From the NCBI GenBank assembly GCA_964036045.1, contig OZ038378.1, forward strand, positions 14,694,001 through 14,758,000: 64,000 nucleotides of DNA, given 5' to 3'. Origin of the DNA: Eutreptiella sp. 'Long Island Sound 2002' (taxonomy: Eukaryota; Protista; Euglenida). This document shows positions 24,780 through 37,600 of the stretch, piece after piece (the stretch's first letter is position 1; every line of letters begins with the position of its first letter). Both the position numbers and the translations under genes were made by a program. The notes beneath the pieces are model-generated. The model searched no databases. It was not told the DNA's origin and worked only from the letters and a program-made list of their open reading frames with translations.

Positions 24780-26000
24780 GATGTATCCCAATCCAACGTG
24801 TTCCCTTTTTCCACTACCATGGGTTCACGGCTGTGTCATCATACTTCGGGAAACCATTGTCAAAAAATCAATGGCGACACATAGTCGCCGTACTTCCAAA
24901 AGGGGTGAGGTGGCTGCAACCAGTTCCCAATGCTTAGTTTGTATGTGGAATGCTTTCCAAGGCGGGTTGGTTCCCATTGTAACCCTTCGCCCTACCCCCG
25001 TACACAAACACAGCCCATGGCATAGGGAAAACAAAATATGGATAGAATCCCATGCTAAGGCCTTGTGCACCATGCCGAAGACATTGCCATTCCCAATTCA
25101 CTTTTGCATATCAACTTGCTCACGGTTGCAACAAACATTCCTCGTTGTGCCCACTCCGAGTCAGTGCTAACACGCTTCACATGCTATTGTCCCATATTGT
25201 GCAGTCCAAAGGGTGCTCTCCATCACTCATGATGTGAGAAAGGCAACACAGGGCCATGGGGTTCCAAAATGTCAAATGTTGCAGACGGGTTGCACACTGC
25301 ATCAAGATTAGTAAAATGCAAGCAAGATTCAATACAATGCATGAGAAAAAGGAGGAAATAAAGACATTTCCTAGCCTTTTGTATACTAGAACAGATCTTT
25401 AGCATCTCCAACAGGGGGGCGTCAATTCTCAAATTTGGCACGTCATGCCATATTTGCTACTTTTGGGGTCTAAAAAAGACTGTGAAGGGCGGGGGTAGAA
25501 AATGTAGCACTAAAATGGCCCGTGACCAACCGTGTTGACAACAGTAGAGTGATACTACACATGTGTACATTACTCAATTTGAGCCAACACAACCCAAATG
25601 AGGGGCTTGATCCTGAATATTTACCCCTTAGGCCACTGCGTTCTTGCCATCATATTGGGTGGGTTGTAGCAGAATTTTTCCACCATTTGGTAAAAACTAC
25701 TTGCTTTTTCCACGGCGGTGGAAACCAGCCCACGCCACGAGACCATCTTTGATCATTCCCCACGGGGATGAACAGCACTTTTGAGAGGGCACGCATATGA
25801 AAAGGGGGGAAATCACACACTGCTCCCCAAATTGCAGCAGCTGTGAGGCTGTGAAAGCGTGCGATGTAAAGGGCAGTGTGCTTGATGCGGCGCAAGAAAC
25901 AAGCAATAAGACAGATGATCAAGTTCTTGTTGGCCCACAAAGAACCCCAATTGTTTGGGAATTCAGGCTGCATGCAATGGCATGGCATCATTTAGTGCCA
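24780..26000 (-). pseudogene. Decayed transposase-like ORF remnants
   Basis: Stop-broken, AT-richer minus-strand frames (VHKALAWDSIHILFSLCHGLCLC; LVSCAASSTLPFTSHAF) loosely resemble 43830-44460. Superfamily not assignable by eye. Confidence 0.3.
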
Positions 26001-28534
26001 ACCACGGCACCTAAGTGCTCAGAATGTTTCATCACGCTAAATGCAAGGAAGGAAATGAAGGCAGGGTAATGTACTGCAATGCGGTGTAGTGCAGTGGTCA
26101 ATTCAATAGTGTGTGCACTAGTGCTATAAGCACTCCTTTGGCGTTTATGCTACCACAAGATGTAAGCACATGAGGGGGGAGGGGTCTTTGACAAAAAAAA
26201 ACACTGAATTTGGACCTTCTAAAGAGACCACGGGGTTTGCCAAAACTAGCATGACATCTAAAATTCGAAAACCAATGCGCCCCTGGCCTCCGGCACCAAA
26301 AAACTCACTCACCCCTTTCGCTTATCAAGCTACTGTGGCGAAAAACCAAAACTTCAGAAAAAGATTTCTGGAAAATGCTGCTGTCCCCCCTCCCCTTCCC
26401 TCCTTTTGCTTCATGTATAGTTGCAGTAGCTGAACCTGCCAAACAGATACCCCTGGCTTCCTGCGTTTGTACATGGCCACGCAGCATGACCAAGGTCCAC
26501 TGAGTGCATCAGAGGCTTTAGACTCGAGACTGGGATCTCTTTGGGCAGGGACGAAAGCTCAGGAGGTGTGCGGCAGACCAGTGCTAAGCCACTTGGGGAG
26601 GGGAGAGTGGGTCCCACTGGAGATGGGAGGGGGGGATGGGCGGCTTGACTCAGGGCCCCTGGAGGCGTGACAGGCCGGGAGTGAGAGGAGAAACATGAAT
26701 TGGAGTCTAGTGAAGGGGCTGGCTCTCTCGCCCCCCCCCCCCCCAAGGAAAAGCTCTCTGTTGTGGGTGGGTGGAGCGGTCGACTCGGGTCGCCCAGGGG
26801 TGAAGGTGTACCGGAATTCAGGAAACTTCGGCGCTCGTGGGTACCTTACACTTGGACACATTCAGTTCCCTGCCCATGTGGTATAGGAACTCAGCCGCCA
26901 TACCGGCCAACCTGATGAACTGCTCGAAGCCATGACTTAACAGAAGGATGTCATCACAGTAGACTTGTATCCGTCAGGGCCAAGCTTTTTTCTAGTGGCC
27001 CAGATACCCACCCTCGGGGGGGAGGGGGGTGGCCGGCCTGCCTTTTTTGAAATTGTAGGTGCCTTCGCCAACACCACCCTCAGTCAGTGGGCTAGGGATT
27101 TTTTTTCACATGTGGTAGAGACAATGAACCACGTGTTATGGTCTGTATGCGGATGTGGGAGGTAGTGGAGTGGTCATTTTTGAAATTTCTTAACACATCA
27201 TCAACTTTTTCAGGGGCTGACGTACCCCTGTAGTTGAGTGGTCAATGCTGTGGTATGCAGCAATCAAGAAACCTGAGGTGTGGATTCGATCCCAGTTATT
27301 ACGCAGTCAGTGGTTCTGTTTCCCCTCTTTGTCCGTCCTGTTCTGTACAAATCTTCCACACAGCTCACAATGGCGGAGTGTGGGTGCTTGCCTCCTGGGC
27401 TAGACCCCCCCCCCTGGGTAGGGGTAGGACAAAAGCAGTGCATGCCCCAAAAAGTGCCTGCCTCCTCCGAGGTTTCACCCCACACACACACACACACACA
27501 CACACAGCTCCTGGGAACAAGGCTTCGGCAGGCCCCCAAAACGACCCTCCCCCCTCCTCAGGCAAAGGTCTAGTCTCAGGGCCCTTGGGATGAACTCATT
27601 CCACGAAGACCACAGTCAATAGAGAGACAATCAATGATTGCGGGCGTGTCACGCCTGTTTTGCCACGTTCTGGGGCTCAAGATGCACAGGCCCTGGGAAA
27701 AACGCTACCTTCTCGGAATCCACGTCTGCAACGCCCGGAGTACATTCCGCGGCCTCGACAGGGGGTCCATTTGGCTCCGGTGTCACTGCCACGGGGCCAA
27801 AAGGCTCCTGCAATCCCTTGGGCTGACTGACTTCGGTGCCAGGAACGGTTCCCAAGGGCAGCGAGGACACGTCGCTGGGGGGCACTGGGGGTCTGGCAAG
27901 GGCCAAAGAATGTGCTGGGGAGTCCCCAGGGCCTTCCAAGAGCTCATGCATCGGTGGCTGTAGGGATGCAACACATAGAGCGAGCAGCGGTGACGGGGGC
28001 AGGGGTCGAGGTCAAGCAGGGACAGGGGTGGCGAGCAGGGGCAGGGCACACATGCTGAGCAACGGGGTGGGTTGGGTGGAGGGCATATGGGCGGCGGGGG
28101 GGGTGGTGGGCTCCCCCTCATCCTTGGAAATGGTACTAGCAGTGTAGGGCAGCACCAGCCACACGAGAAAGATAGATCAACTACCATGTCACAGAACACG
28201 TCATCAACATCAATCCAACCCTGGAGAGGAATCTGATGATGATGATACTGATGGTGATGCTGATGATGCCCACCTTTCAAAGCAGCTGAACCTTACAACT
28301 GTTGTAATTGGAAAAGCATTGCACCTGTGCTTTCGGCATCCACTTGTGGATACTGGGGCTCTGCATGTGTTGGGGCTGCAGCACGGTCGCACGGATGGCA
28401 TGTATTTTGGTCCAGGTCTTCAACGAGGGATGAAGAGCAAAAAGCCATTGGATGAGGATGGCAGCTCTGGTGAGGAAGGAATCATTCTAGGGGATGACAA
28501 CCATCTTACGCATGCATCAGTGTCATTCTCAAGG

Positions 28535-28551
28535 TCATCATCATCATCATT

Positions 28552-28589
<38 letters not shown>

Positions 28590-28601
28590 GACCATCATCA
28601 T
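28535..28601. repeat. (TCA)n microsatellite
   Basis: About 18 near-perfect TCA units. Confidence 0.95.
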
Positions 28602-28638
28602 AACAGGGGAGTTGGAGTCGGGGGCGCGGGGTTGGACA

Positions 28639-28714
28639 GGGGGCGGGGGCTCCTTGAACGTCAGGTACGGTGGGGGCGGGGGCTCCTTGAACGTCAGGTA
28701 CGGTGGGGGCGGGG
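28639..28714. repeat. 33-bp tandem repeat, ~2.3 copies
   Basis: GGGGGCGGGGGCTCCTTGAACGTCAGGTACGGT at 28639 and 28672, partial copy at 28705. Confidence 0.95.
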
Positions 28715-28931
28715 AGGGTCCATAACAGCTTGTTACTAACAGCGCACTTCTAGGGCCTCTATGGCTGGGGGGCGGGGGGGGGGGGGGGCAACCACAACAT
28801 GCAAGGCACGCGCTGATCGCTGCTGAGGTGTGCATGTTGGTGTTCCACAGATCGCTCAGTGTTGTGGCGCAGGTGCACCTCCAGAGGACGCACTGATTCC
28901 CGAGTGGGCCCCTGTTTTGATGTGTCTTACC

Positions 28932-31650
28932 CTGAGACCTCTCGGGGAGGGAGCGCACGTTTCAATGGTGGTTGGCGATTCAGCGTATCGGACAACGACG
29001 GTAGCTACTGATCGGTTGGTGATCTGCTGAGGTACCGGTGTATCCTTGTCAGACAAGTCTTTTTTTGGAGGCAGTAAGGGGAAGCCGGGAAGACACCCGG
29101 CGCAGCCACAAGCACCATTTTCGAGTCATGGTAGACACGTCCGGCGGGACACAAACGCTGTGGACGGAATCTCCGGAAGATGGAGCTTGTTGAACAACGC
29201 CGTACATTTAACACACACACAATGGTGAGGGGGGGGGGGGGCGGTCCGGATATACAGACCACAGGACACTGGATTCCCGAGCTCGGACAACCCCCACTGT
29301 GCCGAGCTCCATGATGGCCTGCATCCCCATTCATCTCGCGGACCTGATAGGGCAGACGAGAAACCTGTCTGATCACATCATGGGGGCAGCATACAGCATA
29401 CCTGATTGTCCAGGGACGATGGTGTGTGGGTGCTCGACACCGAGGGTGCAGAGGACTGCCTTGACAGGGCACTGACGGAGTTGAGAGGGATGAGGTGCTC
29501 ACAGCCGGTGTTGGGCCCGTTTGTGAAGCCACTGCACAACAGGAGCGAGGGCTTGTCAGAAGCACATCTAACCATCTGTAGCTCTAGCATGACCTGCGAA
29601 TGCATCTGCACGTATGGCCGGGCTTGTGCCAGGCTTGAGTCTGCCTCTGGGGACAGTGAGAGTACATACAAACCTGTCAGAGCTTTGTTGCACCAATTAG
29701 GCCCGTCCAGATCCGCCAAAAATGGCCGTTTTGCAGCATTTCGCACCGTTGTAGGCAAAACTTGGTTGCCCTGTCGCGGTCACTGCCCCATGTCAGATTC
29801 ACCCGTTTCCTTCCAAAACCCTCACCGATGGCCCAAGGCCCTATCTGCGGGTACCCCTGATCAGCCCCCCTATGGGCCCCCACAGGTGAGGACGCAGCCG
29901 TTTTCAGAGGAGCATGGGTTTTTGGGGCAACCTCTGATGACCTTGGGGGCCTGGGGCCAGGGTTGCTTCATCAATTGGTGACCATAAGAAAATATCTCAC
30001 CCCATGAGGAGCTATATAGCACCAATCAGGTCCACCGATTGGTGTCCATGGGCCCCTTATGGGCTGTAATTTGGGCTGCACCAGCTTCATTTGAACGGAT
30101 TCAAGGAAAACACTGGCCCCCCTTTGGGGCACACTGTCCCCACTGGGGTGAGGGCTTTGCAGTTTTCTGGCCGGCATGGGTTGGCTGAAAATTCGCCTTT
30201 TGGGAGTGACATTCAATGACCACCGGTTTGCCTTGGTCAAGAGTGGGTTGTCGTTAGGGCACAACGGGAGTACACAGGGAACCATGTCACCAATTAGGCC
30301 CCCCCTCACAGTGCCCACTGGCCCTTTAAAGACCACTGCTGGTCTGTTGCTGGGTGGACTTGCCGTAGGCATTAGAACCTTCAAAACAGATTGTTTTGAC
30401 ATTGTGAAAATATTGTGGTGATGGCAAACGACCTGTAAAACGTGTTTTAAATTGGGGAGGAGGAGTTACAAAAAGGAATCTGGTGATGTGCACATGCGAC
30501 GTGCCATGGCCTGGCTGGGGTCCAGGGTTACGGGCTCTGGGGCTGAGGCAACGGCGGGGCTCTTCAAAGCTCCTTGCCAAAGGTGATAGAAATTGGGGGC
30601 TGTGAGATAGGCTGCGGGCACCAAACCACGGCAGCAAAAGGGAGAAGGTGACCAAGCGGGTGAGCCACTCAGTGTACTTCGGGGTGCTCCATACCAGGCG
30701 GCCAACCGAGCCTCTAGGACATGAGATCCGCCCATCCTGGCCCCAGGCCCCAAAAGGTCATCAGAGGTTGCCCCAAAAAGTCGATTTTTCAACTCATGCT
30801 GGCCTGAAAACGGCTGCGTCCTCACCTGCGGGGGCCCATAGGGGGGCTGATCAGGGGTACCCGCAGATAGGGCCTGGGGACCCACACCGCGGATGCAAAA
30901 CTAGCGAATCTGAGCCGCAAAAGCCGCAACTCCGCCACCACTGCCTGAAGATGGCGGAACACATGGCACTAGGGCCGCCGTGTGCGCTGGTGCCACCAGA
31001 ACCCTGCATCATTCCTGCGTGTACATCACAGCCTCGCCATCATCGCGCCTCAGCCCTCACACACCTTTCAGCACGGTCAAGTCGACTTGGGACCACATTC
31101 GAGGACATGGCACTGCCTTGCACCGCGTGTTCACCCACAGTAACGGTGTCTGAGGAACGCGCGGTCACACAGCCAATGACTGTGCAGCATTGCAACGGGG
31201 CGACACGCCAGCACAAAGCATTGCACAGCAAAAGCACTGCACCGGGCTCTAGAGCAGCACGGCACCGGGCTACACACCAGAAATGTTCTCAGTTACCAGC
31301 AGCATTGCACACAGGCAGTTGCACGCAGCGACGTTGCACAGGCAGCACAGGGCTACGTCGCAGCATTGCACACCTGCAGAACGCGTCACCATGCCCAGGC
31401 TTTGGGCGGGTTTCCAGTCTGAGGCTGGACCAGCTGTTGGGCTATGAGCTTGCAGCGCGTGGGGGCTGGGGACATAGGTGGCCACCAGCGGTGGGGATGG
31501 GCTGTTCCGTGGCACATACGCGGCCACTGGGGCAGCTGGGCTGTGGTACGCGGCCATTTGAGGCACGGGGCTCTGCATATTCGTGTGCACACCACTGAAC
31601 TGCTGTTTGGGGGATACGGGATGCGACGAGGATTCGTCCACGCTGACTCG
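28932..31650 (-). CDS. Ser/Pro-rich exons of an uncharacterised gene, probably the 3' part of the coiled-coil gene
   Basis: Clear exon 31650-31374 (TTGCAG|RVSVDESSSHPVSPKQQF...GMVTRSA G|GTGTGC; 277 nt, GC3-rich). Further candidate exons at about 31179/31149-31065, 29646-29402 (CCCCAG| ... CAG|GTATGC), 29343-29263 and 29023-28932. Downstream frames are ambiguous. Confidence 0.45.
29836..30875. mobile_element. Fold-back/MITE-like element with ~130-bp inverted repeats
   Basis: Arm 29836-29961 (AGGCCCTATCTGCGGGTACCCCTGATCAGCCCCCCTATGGGCCCCC...GGGGCCTGGGGCCAGG) is the reverse complement of 30736-30875 apart from a ~14-bp indel and a few substitutions. Spacer is 774 bp. Confidence 0.85.
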
Positions 31651-32379
31651 CTGCAAGCAGTAGGCACAGGAGGGGGGGGGGGGGGTGCAGGGGGTTTGCG
31701 AAAAGGCTAAGTACGTGTGTCGATGGGCACTTCCGGGTGTATACACTGGCCTCAGTTTTTGGAAATAAATTGTTCACATTGCTTGTCCCGAGCCACTGCC
31801 GAAAAGTATTTCAATAGGAGAGGGTGAGACAGTTGTCCCTCTGCTCACAAGTGCTGCTTCTGCCTCTTAGCGTCCCTCCCGCCGGCGCCTTCCCAAGACC
31901 TAGTGTGGAGGGTGCTCATCTCCACTGATGTATGAAATGTAACACAGGGCCAGGAGGTTCCGAAATACCAAGTGTGACCCATCATTGCTGCGCAGCATGT
32001 CCAGGCATTTTGTCGTTGTTCTGTTTTTAATTTTTTGTTGGTGTCTGTTTTCCTATTTGTACAGTGTGCCAACACACGGGGTGCACTGTGTGTGTGGGGT
32101 AGGGGGCAGGGGACGGGGGGGGGGGGGGGGTTTCCATGTGCGCACGAGGGGGGCAGGGGTACTGACAGGGCCCTTGTTGTCGAAAGAATGTCCCCTGTCA
32201 TTGCTACGCCCTTCACCCCGTCGCTTTTTCCCAGATCCCCACCTAGTGCAGCTCACTGGACGGTGCAGCGAACGTCGCCCGACTCCGCCCATCCCTGCCC
32301 CCCCTTGCAGGGCGCGCCTGGGGGGAGGGGGGAGCCCAGTTCCCATGACCCCACCGCGTTACAGACGCAGGCTGGTCAT

Positions 32380-34080
32380 TGGCGTATGAGACATCACAAG
32401 GCCAAGGAAAAAGGACCGCTTTATGCACTTGTCCAAGCATTGTGGGTACAAAGCCCGTCCGGACAGCTGACATTGAGCAATACAGCATCTGCTGCACATC
32501 GGGTCAACCTCACCTACCCGGCTTTGCAGGTGCATCACAAAGAAGGCTTTGGGGCTGAAAATGGAACAGCGGCACCACAGCTCACGATTGCAGCATTGTA
32601 TCCCAACAAGAGAGTTCCTGGCGCCTTTTGTGCTCATCGTTTCGCACACAGGACGGAAATCTTCAGGAAATCTATCTCCCAAAAGTGTGAATTTCCATTG
32701 CCCAGTGGGGGGTATCGGTGGTTTGGGGGGTGGGCTACGGGTATGGCTGCCACTGTGGCTGTGAGTAAAGCTGGGAATGCGAGTGGATGGGAAAATTTTG
32801 TCTCTGTGTGTGGCTGTGGACTGCGTGTCTTACTGGTTCCAACAGCCCAATGCCCCTTACGCTGAAGAGCTCTTGTAATTTGTACTGTGGGGGTTATGAG
32901 GTATTCACCTCCCAGCCAGAATGCCCCCCCCCCCCCGCCCCCTCCACGCCCTCTTAGACCCTGGAGCCGGTGACCTTGGCGTGGTGTAGGGTTCTTGCGG
33001 TCTCCATGATGTTGCAAACACACCGGACAAAGGGAGGTCCCTTCGTAGAGAAGGACCTGGAAGATTTTGCTTCTTGGTAGTAAGATTGATGGGGACGCGC
33101 CCCCCATCTTCATAAGGGCAATTGTCGGTTCCCAAACCCCCTTGTCCAACTGCTGGGCCCTATGGGCAGTTGGCAACGGGGGAGCGGGTGGGTGTCGCCT
33201 CTGGCTGACAATCGGAGCTGGTTGCCTGCGCCAGCTCGTCAGCACATTTCACACTTTTCGAGCATGATTCTCGCAACAATACAACACACAAATACACCCA
33301 ATGTCCACTATGTCACCTTTATTCATAGACCGTTTGTTGCTCTAGCACTGTTCAAACTTTGCCCTTCGACCGTGCACCCATCTATCACTGCTCATTCATT
33401 GCCTACGGGTCAGGTATTGCCGTGTGTTTGTTCATACTTTGCACGTTTGAGCCTGTATTGCCACCGTCTCAGATCAGAAAATGACATGTACCATTGTCTT
33501 TAGAGGTGGTGGGTGGGGTCGATATTTGATTACTTTTGTGTCATTTTGCCATTTTCGACCGGAATCTGATTTTCACATGGTGATGGAGGATCCATCATGA
33601 CATCATGCATGATTCCCCCCATTGCCCCCATTCATGTCATGAATGAGCAATGACACATGCTGCACACGCTGATGTCAATTGGTTATGAATTTGATCGATT
33701 TGCATCAATTCTGCGCATTTCAGCGAGGATCTGACATTAGCCGAATGTGGTCAATCGACAGTAAAATGACCTCGATTTCGTGATTAATTGCCCGATTATG
33801 TACATAATTAGGGGTAATTTCGCACCATTTCACTCTCAGGCCCTCTACCGGACTCTTTTGGCTGTTGATGTCCTTCGTGTTTGCTCTGCTTGGTTGAATT
33901 TGGTTGATTTTCGAGTTCAAATGGATCAGGAATTGGCTGAGAAGGTCCTAGCGTCCCGGGATATGCCACATGGTAGCAGAGGCTTGGGCTCTGTGCCTGA
34001 ATCTGAAGCACCCGCCTGTCGACCTGAGTTTGTTGCGTTGGAGCTAGGAGAGCTCGCCGCTTCGACATGCGAGTGCCCCC
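32380..34080 (+). pseudogene. Decayed intron-containing gene or TE, antisense to the coiled-coil gene
   Basis: Plus-strand acceptors at 32529, 32957 and 33839 open protein-like frames (e.g. ALYRTLLAVDVLRVCSAWLNLVDFRVQMDQELAEKVL). The 32958 exon has clustered stops (TGG TAG TAA GAT TGA, ~33075). Confidence 0.35.
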
Positions 34081-34623
34081 TCCCCATTCAATCACCCCCC
34101 AACTCCATCCCTTCTCTTCTAACAGCATGATAACCTATTTCTTTTTTTTTGGGGGGGGGGTGCCAGGTGGGTGTCACAAACCGAGGAGGTGCTGCCCCGC
34201 AGTGTGGGGGGCATTGCCTGGGCGTCTCCAATGTCCATACCTCCTGCTGTATCAGGGCCCAGCTATCAGGGCCAAGTGCTTCGCTCTTGGGAGGGGGTTC
34301 TCCAGAAGAATGGCTGCATCAGTGTGCATGCGTGCATGCCTCAGTGCATATGGCCCCTGCTCCTTCAAAGCCCATACACAGAGCACATAGAGGGGGCATA
34401 TGGGACCAACAGTTGTCCCTTTCAGGGTTTTCACTGACCCGTCTCTACAGATTGGCTACCCAGACAACAAACCCCCTGTAACTGCTACCCAGTGGAACGC
34501 TTTCTAGTGTTCCGTGTTCCCATGGATAAGCGGCAACCAAAGGAGTGCCTTCTGGAGGCCCCACTAACGATACTGGGACAATCCATTCTGATCATACCTT
34601 CTTCATCTTCCAACACCACGTCA

Positions 34624-37600
34624 TCACTTGTGCCGTGTAGATTCGTTCGCCTTGCTGGGTTCGCGCCCCCCACCCCCCTTGATTCCCGGGTGTGGCAGGG
34701 CAACCTGTGACCGAGGCTGGCAAACTGCTCCCACCCCGCATGCGGCCCATACCCCCTACCCACTGATTGCCCCTCCAAAACGTACATCAACAAGCAGGGC
34801 ACACAAAACCATCGCTCGGAACACCGATCCTGCTAACTGGTACCGAACACCCCTTTGTAGAACACGCCCCCATGCGCTGCTTTCTGGTGGGCTGCTTCCC
34901 AACGGCCGGGAACATGTCGCCGTTGGAATGCCGTGGGTGGTGTGCCCACTCAACTCAAATCCAAACCCTCGACAGCACCCAGCACCCAGCACCTGCTGTT
35001 GTTGCTTGAAATGCATTTCCATGGACAGCAGCTGCTGCTGCATCTGCACTTCCTTCTGCTGCATTCGCAGCAGCTTCTCCAGTGCCTGCGTATCCTCTTG
35101 CTGCCTCCCAAGGATTGCCCACTCCTCCACAAGTGCCTGCTCCTTCTTGACAAGCCGCGCCTCATGCTCCAGCAGTGCCAGCTCCTGCTGCTTCAGCTGC
35201 ATCTTAATTGTCTCCAGCTCCTCCTTTTCTGTGTCCAGCTGCTGCCGCCGCCGCTCCGTTTCCTCCGCAAACTGCTGAATCTGCCCCTTCTCCGTGTTCC
35301 ACTGCTGCACCTGCTGCTGCGTTTCATTCTCCCATTGCTGCTGCTGCTGCGCTTTGTCCGCCTCCCACTCTCTCTTCTCCGCCCCAAGCTGCTCCTTCTC
35401 TGCCGCCACCTGCTGCTGCCAGCGCTCAGTTTCCGCTGCAAATTCCTGCTGTTGCCGCTGCAGGTTCTTCTCCTGCTGACACACCTGCTCCTGAAAGGGA
35501 GGGCCACAGACGAAATGGGTGTGGGAAAGCAATGCAGAGCCCCTAGACAACGCACCATGTTGGGGTGGGTGTAAAAGTGCAACAGTCACTGCAACACAAC
35601 CACCCTCTCCCCTCTCCAAACAGCAATAAACACACCAAACGTTGAAGAAGCAGCACCACACGCTGTTTGGACAGGCTGTTGTTGGTGCTTAGTTCAACAG
35701 CAACCGAGCAGTACCACAAAGCACAATGCGGCAGCAATGCAACTCGGCGCGCTCATGCGTAACAAGTCTGCCAGCACGCTCGTACTCAGGTGGGCGTCGT
35801 CCTACCACAAACCCTGCCTCACCAGTGGAACGGTGCAGACCAAAGTCAAAGAGGCGTGACCCACAAACTTGTGCACGCATTTCATGAAACAGGAAACGAA
35901 TGACGGACATGTGTGGGACTCACATTTGGACTGTGGTTGTCACTGCGATGGATGGGGATGTGCATGGATGTGCATGCGGGGTGTCGAGGGCCAGCCATAT
36001 AGCCCAGACCGGAGAGGCCTCTCTGACGGCACAGCATTATCATAGCCTGCTCATAACGACATGCTGCTTGCGACTGCGGCCCACTTCTGTTTGTTTTGAA
36101 CGGCACTGTTGCTGAAAGTGGGCCTCATGGTGCCGCACAATGTACCCATCCGCAGCCCTGCCCAGCATCATCATCCCCGGGTAGAAATACGGGGCACTGG
36201 GCAGCCCTGAACAGTGACCCGTTGCATGTTTCAGCCGGGCTTGCGCAATGGAGAAGGCGAGGGTTGTGCTTGTGGGGCTTCCGTGGGAGGCATCTTCTTG
36301 GGTACGCGGGGGGGAGGGGGAGGGGGGCGAAAAAACCAGACAAGTTTCTTTCCTGTTCTGCCCATCGCCTCATCCTTATTACAATCAAATGGCACATTCA
36401 CTTTAGGTGCAAGGCCTGCGCATGACGCATCTTGGCCGGAGGGGGTCGTGATCATTTGGGGTGGGGACGGAGACGGACCCAGCACGGCCTTGCCTAATGA
36501 CGGATCCCCGTCTGACCGCAGGTTTCATGGTGGAGAATGGACGATGACGTATTTGTGAGTCGTTTGCAGTGGGGAAGAGGGACTGGGCCATGTACGCCCG
36601 TGGGGCAGGGTACAGGGGTCAGGCCGTGTCCCAAACACCATCCCTTCAGCCCATTGGGTTGTGTGCACGGGGAATCGAGCACCTGCTGCTGCAGGAGGGC
36701 TGCCTCTTGCTTCTTCAGATCCTCGTCCTGAAGAGAAACCCCATGGGCAGCACACACACAACAACCTACTGCTCCAGACTCCCTCTTATCTACAGGTGAC
36801 GAGTGACGCCAGCAGCTTGACCAAGCCGAAGTAGAGGGGAGTGGACTACGCTCTTGGGGCAATGCATGTCTACTGCACGAGCGGTGCAATACATCGTGCT
36901 ATTCCACTAGTGGTTGTGCACCTTCGTCGGAACCATACAGCCACGGTGAACCTCCTGTGGGGTGCGGCAGCACACTTGGGGATATGAGGCATGCAGTCTC
37001 AGCATCTCAGTTCGAAAAGTGGGCGGTGGGCGGGGTGGGAGGTGGGCGCCATCAAGGCTGAGCGAGTATGCCGGTTGAAACTTCCGGCTGCACACACGTG
37101 TTTGCGTTTGTGGAGGGAATCCTCCACGTGTGGATAGGTTGGTTGTAGGTGGGGAGCCCGCTCGGCCAACCCCAATAGCCAGGGAAAATTAATTTTACAA
37201 GGTGAGAGTGGGACAATTGTCCCTCTGCTCACAAGTGCAGGCATCGGCGTCAGCCGAATTAGCCAACTAGCCGCAGAGGTGAAAAACAATCGGGAAAACG
37301 GAAAAATGGTGGCAAAATGGGGAAGAATTGGGGGAAATGGGGGAAATGGGTGAAATGGGGGGAAATGGGGGAAATGGGGGGAAATGGTGAATTGTGGGAA
37401 ATTGCCAAAATACATTGCGGGAAATGTGTAAAAAATGTGTGAAATTGGTAGGAAAGGGGAGAGAAACCGGAGACAAATGGGACAGTTTGGGACGAATTTC
37501 CCATTTTCTGGAGTCACATTTTTCCCATTCTTCCGCAGCCTCGCCACCTTTCCCTCAAGTTCCTTTGACGAATTTTGCTAGCCGAACTCGCCGACTGGAA

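Noticed and set aside
28639-28714. 33-bp repeats of CRISPR-like length
   Set aside because: Head-to-tail with no spacers, no cas genes, eukaryotic context.
29406-29700. Plus-strand VWVLDTEG resembling the GBP/atlastin G3 motif
   Set aside because: No P-loop or other GBP motifs nearby, and the minus strand has the good splice sites and codon bias.
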